From: Nitrosopumilales archaeon
GTDB taxonomy: Archaea; Thermoproteota; Nitrososphaeria; Nitrososphaerales; Nitrososphaeraceae
Assembly (NCBI GenBank): GCA_044507735.1
Contig: JBIQJB010000032.1
Coordinates: forward strand, 1-20,596
DNA: 20,596 nucleotides
Reading direction: 5' to 3'
Positions 18,085-20,596 of this stretch are shown here, piece by piece. The notes under the pieces are model-generated. The model worked only from the letters and a program-made list of their open reading frames with translations, made no database searches and was not told where the DNA came from. The position numbers and the translations under genes were made by a program. Position 1 is the first letter of the stretch. Each line of letters begins with the position of its first letter.

Positions 18085-18252
18085 ATGGATAATCGAAAGT
18101 TAATGCCTTGTGGATGCGTTATGGAATGGGAAGAAGGGATGTTCAAGATATCACTGTGCCTAGCACACGGGCTTCAATACCAGCAAAAAGAAGTAATAGA
18201 TTACACGCAAAAAATGGAGAGTAACGGGCGTGTCAACGGTCCCTATGGCTAG
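18085..18252 (+). CDS. Small hypothetical protein (55 aa) with CGC...CxxH putative metal-binding motif
   Basis: From ATG18085: MDNRKLMPCGCVMEWEEGMFKISLCLAHGLQYQQKEVIDYTQKMESNGRVNGPYG. TATA about 27 nt upstream. Confidence 0.5.
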   Translation: MDNRKLMPCGCVMEWEEGMFKISLCLAHGLQYQQKEVIDYTQKMESNGRVNGPYG

Positions 18253-18426
18253 AGATCATTATGGCTCTTGCTCCCATATCAAGAATGTGCCCAGTGATTC
18301 TAAAGCTATTGTTCTTCTGATAACCATAGCAATGTTGTGATCCTGTTCAAAGAGATTGCTTTGCCAGTCACTACGAAGGCTATTACCATCCATTGACCCT
18401 TATCGCTTGCTTTCATCCGGGGTTCC

Positions 18427-18435
18427 TTCATATAG
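18427..18435 (+). promoter_or_regulatory. Putative TATA box of the tRNA gene
   Basis: TTCATATAG lies about 24-32 nt upstream of the mature tRNA 5' end. Confidence 0.45.
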
Positions 18436-18458
18436 CGCCTCGCGCGTCAATGTAATCG

Positions 18459-18567
18459 GGGCCCGTCGCCCAGTCAGGATAGGGTGCTGTTCATCGCCTT
18501 TTGATAATAAGAGATGAGCACATGCCTCCGGAGCCAGTTGTCGTGGGATCGAAGCCCACCGGGCCCG
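18459..18567 (+). tRNA. tRNA-Arg (anticodon CCG) with a 34-nt intron at position 29/30 (18490-18523)
   Basis: Acceptor GGGCCCG/CGGGCCC plus G73. D arm GCCC-AGTCAGGATA-GGGT. After splicing, anticodon arm CTGGC-CTCCGGA-GCCAG. T arm GTGGG-ATCGAAG-CCCAC. Full CCA is not encoded (CCT follows), then a T-run. Confidence 0.93.
18481..18527 (+). other. Bulge-helix-bulge splicing motif of the tRNA intron
   Basis: AGG-GTGC-TGT-TCATC...GATGA-GCAC-ATG-CCT: 4-bp central helix GTGC/GCAC, 3-nt bulges TGT and ATG, flanking helices AGG/CCT and TCATC/GATGA. Cutting after the second bulge base restores the anticodon stem exactly. Confidence 0.9.
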
Positions 18568-18754
18568 CCTTTTCCAAATATCGAGTCCGCGCCTTAAAGG
18601 CGTAGAAAACACGGAATTACCGGAGGGAATTCAGGGAACCAACAGCAATTGTCGCAAACACAGCAGGAAGAGAAGAAGCAAGGACCTTCTTTCAGACGAC
18701 GACGTAAGAAGGTGGTACGAAAACCTGTGCCGCAGCAGCAAGCTCAACGCCGAC

Positions 18755-20035
18755 GTGTATTTGAGGAGGCTAAGATTGTTCTGTGAGCAAAGAAAAACAA
18801 CCCCAAAGCGGCTTGTCACCATCGGCACTGCCAACGCAAAGCAGGTCGAGGACATGCTGCATGACCACGTACAGCAGCTTGAAACACAAGGGTATGCGCC
18901 ATCGTATATCAAGGGTGTCCTGAAGGCAGTCAAGTCATGGCTTTCGTACAACTACATTGACCTGAAGCGAAAAATCAGGGTGGCAAACGCAGACATGGCA
19001 GTCACCTTGCAGGACGAAAGGGTACCAACACGGGAAGAGCTGAAGGGTATACTCAACCATGCTTCGATAAGAGCGAGGGCAAGCGCAGGTTTGATCGCAT
19101 TTGCCGGGCTGAGGCCGCAGGTGCTGGGAAACGCTTCTGCAAATGATGGACTGACCATCGGAGACATTCCTGACCTAAAGATAGTCGACGATGACAACGG
19201 CGGCAAGAAGGCCGTATTTCAGACAGTGCCGGCAATGGTCGTTGTAAGAGCGTCACTTAGCAAGGCAAGGCACCGGTACTTTACATTCCTGACAAGTGAG
19301 GGGTGTGAATATCTGGCTGCGTATCTTAACAAACGCATTACTGCGGGAGAGGTTCTCAATGAAAGCTCTGCTGTCATAACCCTGAGCCAAGGATACTTGA
19401 TGAAGGGAAGAAACAAGGATGTCAGCAAGAAGTTTGTCACCACACCTGCAATCACGAAGGAGGTCCGCGAAGCTATGCTGCCGGTAATCAAGGCTAGGCC
19501 GTATGTTCTGAGGGCGTACTTTGACACCCAGCTGCTTTTGGCAGAGAGCCAGAGCAAGATTGCTCATGCATACAGACAGTTCTTCATGGGGCACAAGGGA
19601 GACATCGAGGCTAGGTACACCACGAACAAGGGAAGGCTGCCTGATGAATTGCTGACGGACATGAGGAGAGCCTTCAGAGAGTCAGAACCGTTCTTGAGCA
19701 CGGCTACAGCGGAGGTTCAGGAACAAGACAGAAAACAGCTGCTGCTTGAAATGTGGCGTGAGCAGGCCAAGCTTTACGGCATCGACCCTATGAAGATAAA
19801 GATAGAGAAGCAGAGAGAAGACAAGCCTCTTGGCATCGAAGATGAAATGCTTGCGATAAAAGACGCGATTGCAAAGACAAGGGAACTGGATGAAGAGGAA
19901 GGAAAGTACGAGAGCAGGATCTTGGCAGACGAAGAAGAGCTTGTCTCCTGTGTCCGGGATGGATGGGACATAGTAAAAGAGCTGAGGAGCGGCAAGGTTC
20001 TTGTCAGGAGGAAGGCTTGTCAATTAACAACCTGA
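18755..20035 (+). CDS. Tyrosine recombinase/integrase (true N-terminus lies upstream of the first canonical start)
   Basis: Catalytic set visible: R (FAGLRPQVLG), K (SKARHRY), YxxR (RPYVLRAYF), H (FFMGHKG), Y (IEARYTTNK). Directly downstream of a tRNA 3' end. The frame is open from 18518. Confidence 0.9.
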   Translation: MYLRRLRLFCEQRKTTPKRLVTIGTANAKQVEDMLHDHVQQLETQGYAPSYIKGVLKAVKSWLSYNYIDLKRKIRVANADMAVTLQDERVPTREELKGILNHASIRARASAGLIAFAGLRPQVLGNASANDGLTIGDIPDLKIVDDDNGGKKAVFQTVPAMVVVRASLSKARHRYFTFLTSEGCEYLAAYLNKRITAGEVLNESSAVITLSQGYLMKGRNKDVSKKFVTTPAITKEVREAMLPVIKARPYVLRAYFDTQLLLAESQSKIAHAYRQFFMGHKGDIEARYTTNKGRLPDELLTDMRRAFRESEPFLSTATAEVQEQDRKQLLLEMWREQAKLYGIDPMKIKIEKQREDKPLGIEDEMLAIKDAIAKTRELDEEEGKYESRILADEEELVSCVRDGWDIVKELRSGKVLVRRKACQLTT

Positions 20036-20360
20036 GCAGCATCTCTACAGCCTTTTCCTTCTTTTTGTACGCATCTTCAGATATAGCTGATAAAAGTGTG
20101 TTTACCAGTTCAAGATAAGGCTCGATAGCGCTGCTTACAACGACATCGACAAATTCATGCTGCAGTGTCTGTAGCGCCTCGTCGACATCTGATGAATAGA
20201 CGAATATGGTATTGCCAACAACTTCACCTTCCTTCTTTGAATCTGCTTTAGGAGCCCCTATGACCTTAAAGTCGGTCTTTATTCCCGTTCTGGCCTTTAG
20301 CCTTTCCAGCTCTTCTTCGAGGATGAGTGAGAAGCCGTTTTGTTCAAGTCTCGGATTCAT
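20004..20360 (-). CDS. Hypothetical protein with degenerate HExxD (zincin-like) motif, convergent with the integrase
   Basis: EELERLK..TG....FKV...P......GEV.GNTIFVY...V.EALQTLQHEFVD. Probable start is ATG20360. 32-nt 3' overlap with the integrase. Confidence 0.72.
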   Translation of the reverse strand: MNPRLEQNGFSLILEEELERLKARTGIKTDFKVIGAPKADSKKEGEVVGNTIFVYSSDVDEALQTLQHEFVDVVVSSAIEPYLELVNTLLSAISEDAYKKKEKAVEMLLRLLIDKPSS

Positions 20361-20596
20361 TGCCAAATGAGAAGTCAAATGCATAAAAGCCGTGAAACCG
20401 GCTGAAATTTGGTGCCTGGGAGCATGGTTTTCGCCTTAAATATTTTGGACATGTGTAGTACAGTGCCAGGAAAGACAGATGCCCTGACGTTTGTTTCAAA
20501 TGCTGGGTTCGGTTCTAGTAAATAAAAGTTTTGATGCGCGGGGGGCGCTGTTAACTTAGCCTCCATCCCTAGCCAGAAATAATGTGAACCGCATCC

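Larger units (their letters stand above)
18524..20596. mobile_element. Left end of a putative integrated element at tRNA-Arg(CCG); attL presumed within the tRNA 3' half
   Basis: tRNA immediately followed by a tyrosine integrase and a convergent small cargo gene. No second att copy is visible in the window, so the right boundary is unknown. Confidence 0.65.

Noticed and set aside
12070-18567. Functional linkage of argS with tRNA-Arg(CCG) about 4.5 kb away
   Set aside because: Opposite strands and separated by unrelated accessory genes. Proximity alone is not evidence.
18400-18612. 70-aa minus-strand ORF
   Set aside because: Antisense to the tRNA gene.
14873-20517. 12-nt direct repeat GGTTCGGTTCTA at 14873-14884 and 20506-20517 as possible att sites
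   Set aside because: Several 12-mer matches are expected by chance in 20 kb, and it is unrelated to the tRNA sequence.
20375-20566. 63-aa minus-strand ORF at the window end
   Set aside because: No motif and it lies in a probable promoter region, so support is insufficient.

Overview
Archaeal chromosomal DNA, most consistent with a Nitrososphaera-like ammonia-oxidising thaumarchaeon (inferred from gene content, TATA-box promoters and many apparent TTG/GTG starts). Positions 1-14.7 kb are mostly core genes: two tiny CxxC zinc-ribbon genes, a dual-specificity phosphatase, ileS, ppa, an ESCRT/Cdv cluster (two ESCRT-III/CdvB-like genes plus Vps4/CdvC), a TrmB regulator, a DUF192 protein, trmI, argS and a HAD phosphatase. 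Positions 14.7-18.4 kb are gene-poor accessory DNA with a secreted RTX-type Ca-binding repeat protein and small ORFs. At 18459-18567 is a tRNA-Arg(CCG) gene with a 34-nt non-canonical (29/30) intron framed by a perfect bulge-helix-bulge motif. A tyrosine integrase follows immediately and probably marks the left end of an integrated element. The most unusual observation is that the integrase frame has no ATG/GTG/TTG ahead of its apparent N-terminal motif, yet stays open back through tRNA exon 2 to a stop inside the intron. This suggests an att-split integrase, a frameshifted start, or (speculatively) a start created by splicing. All family calls come from motif recognition by eye, not database searches.
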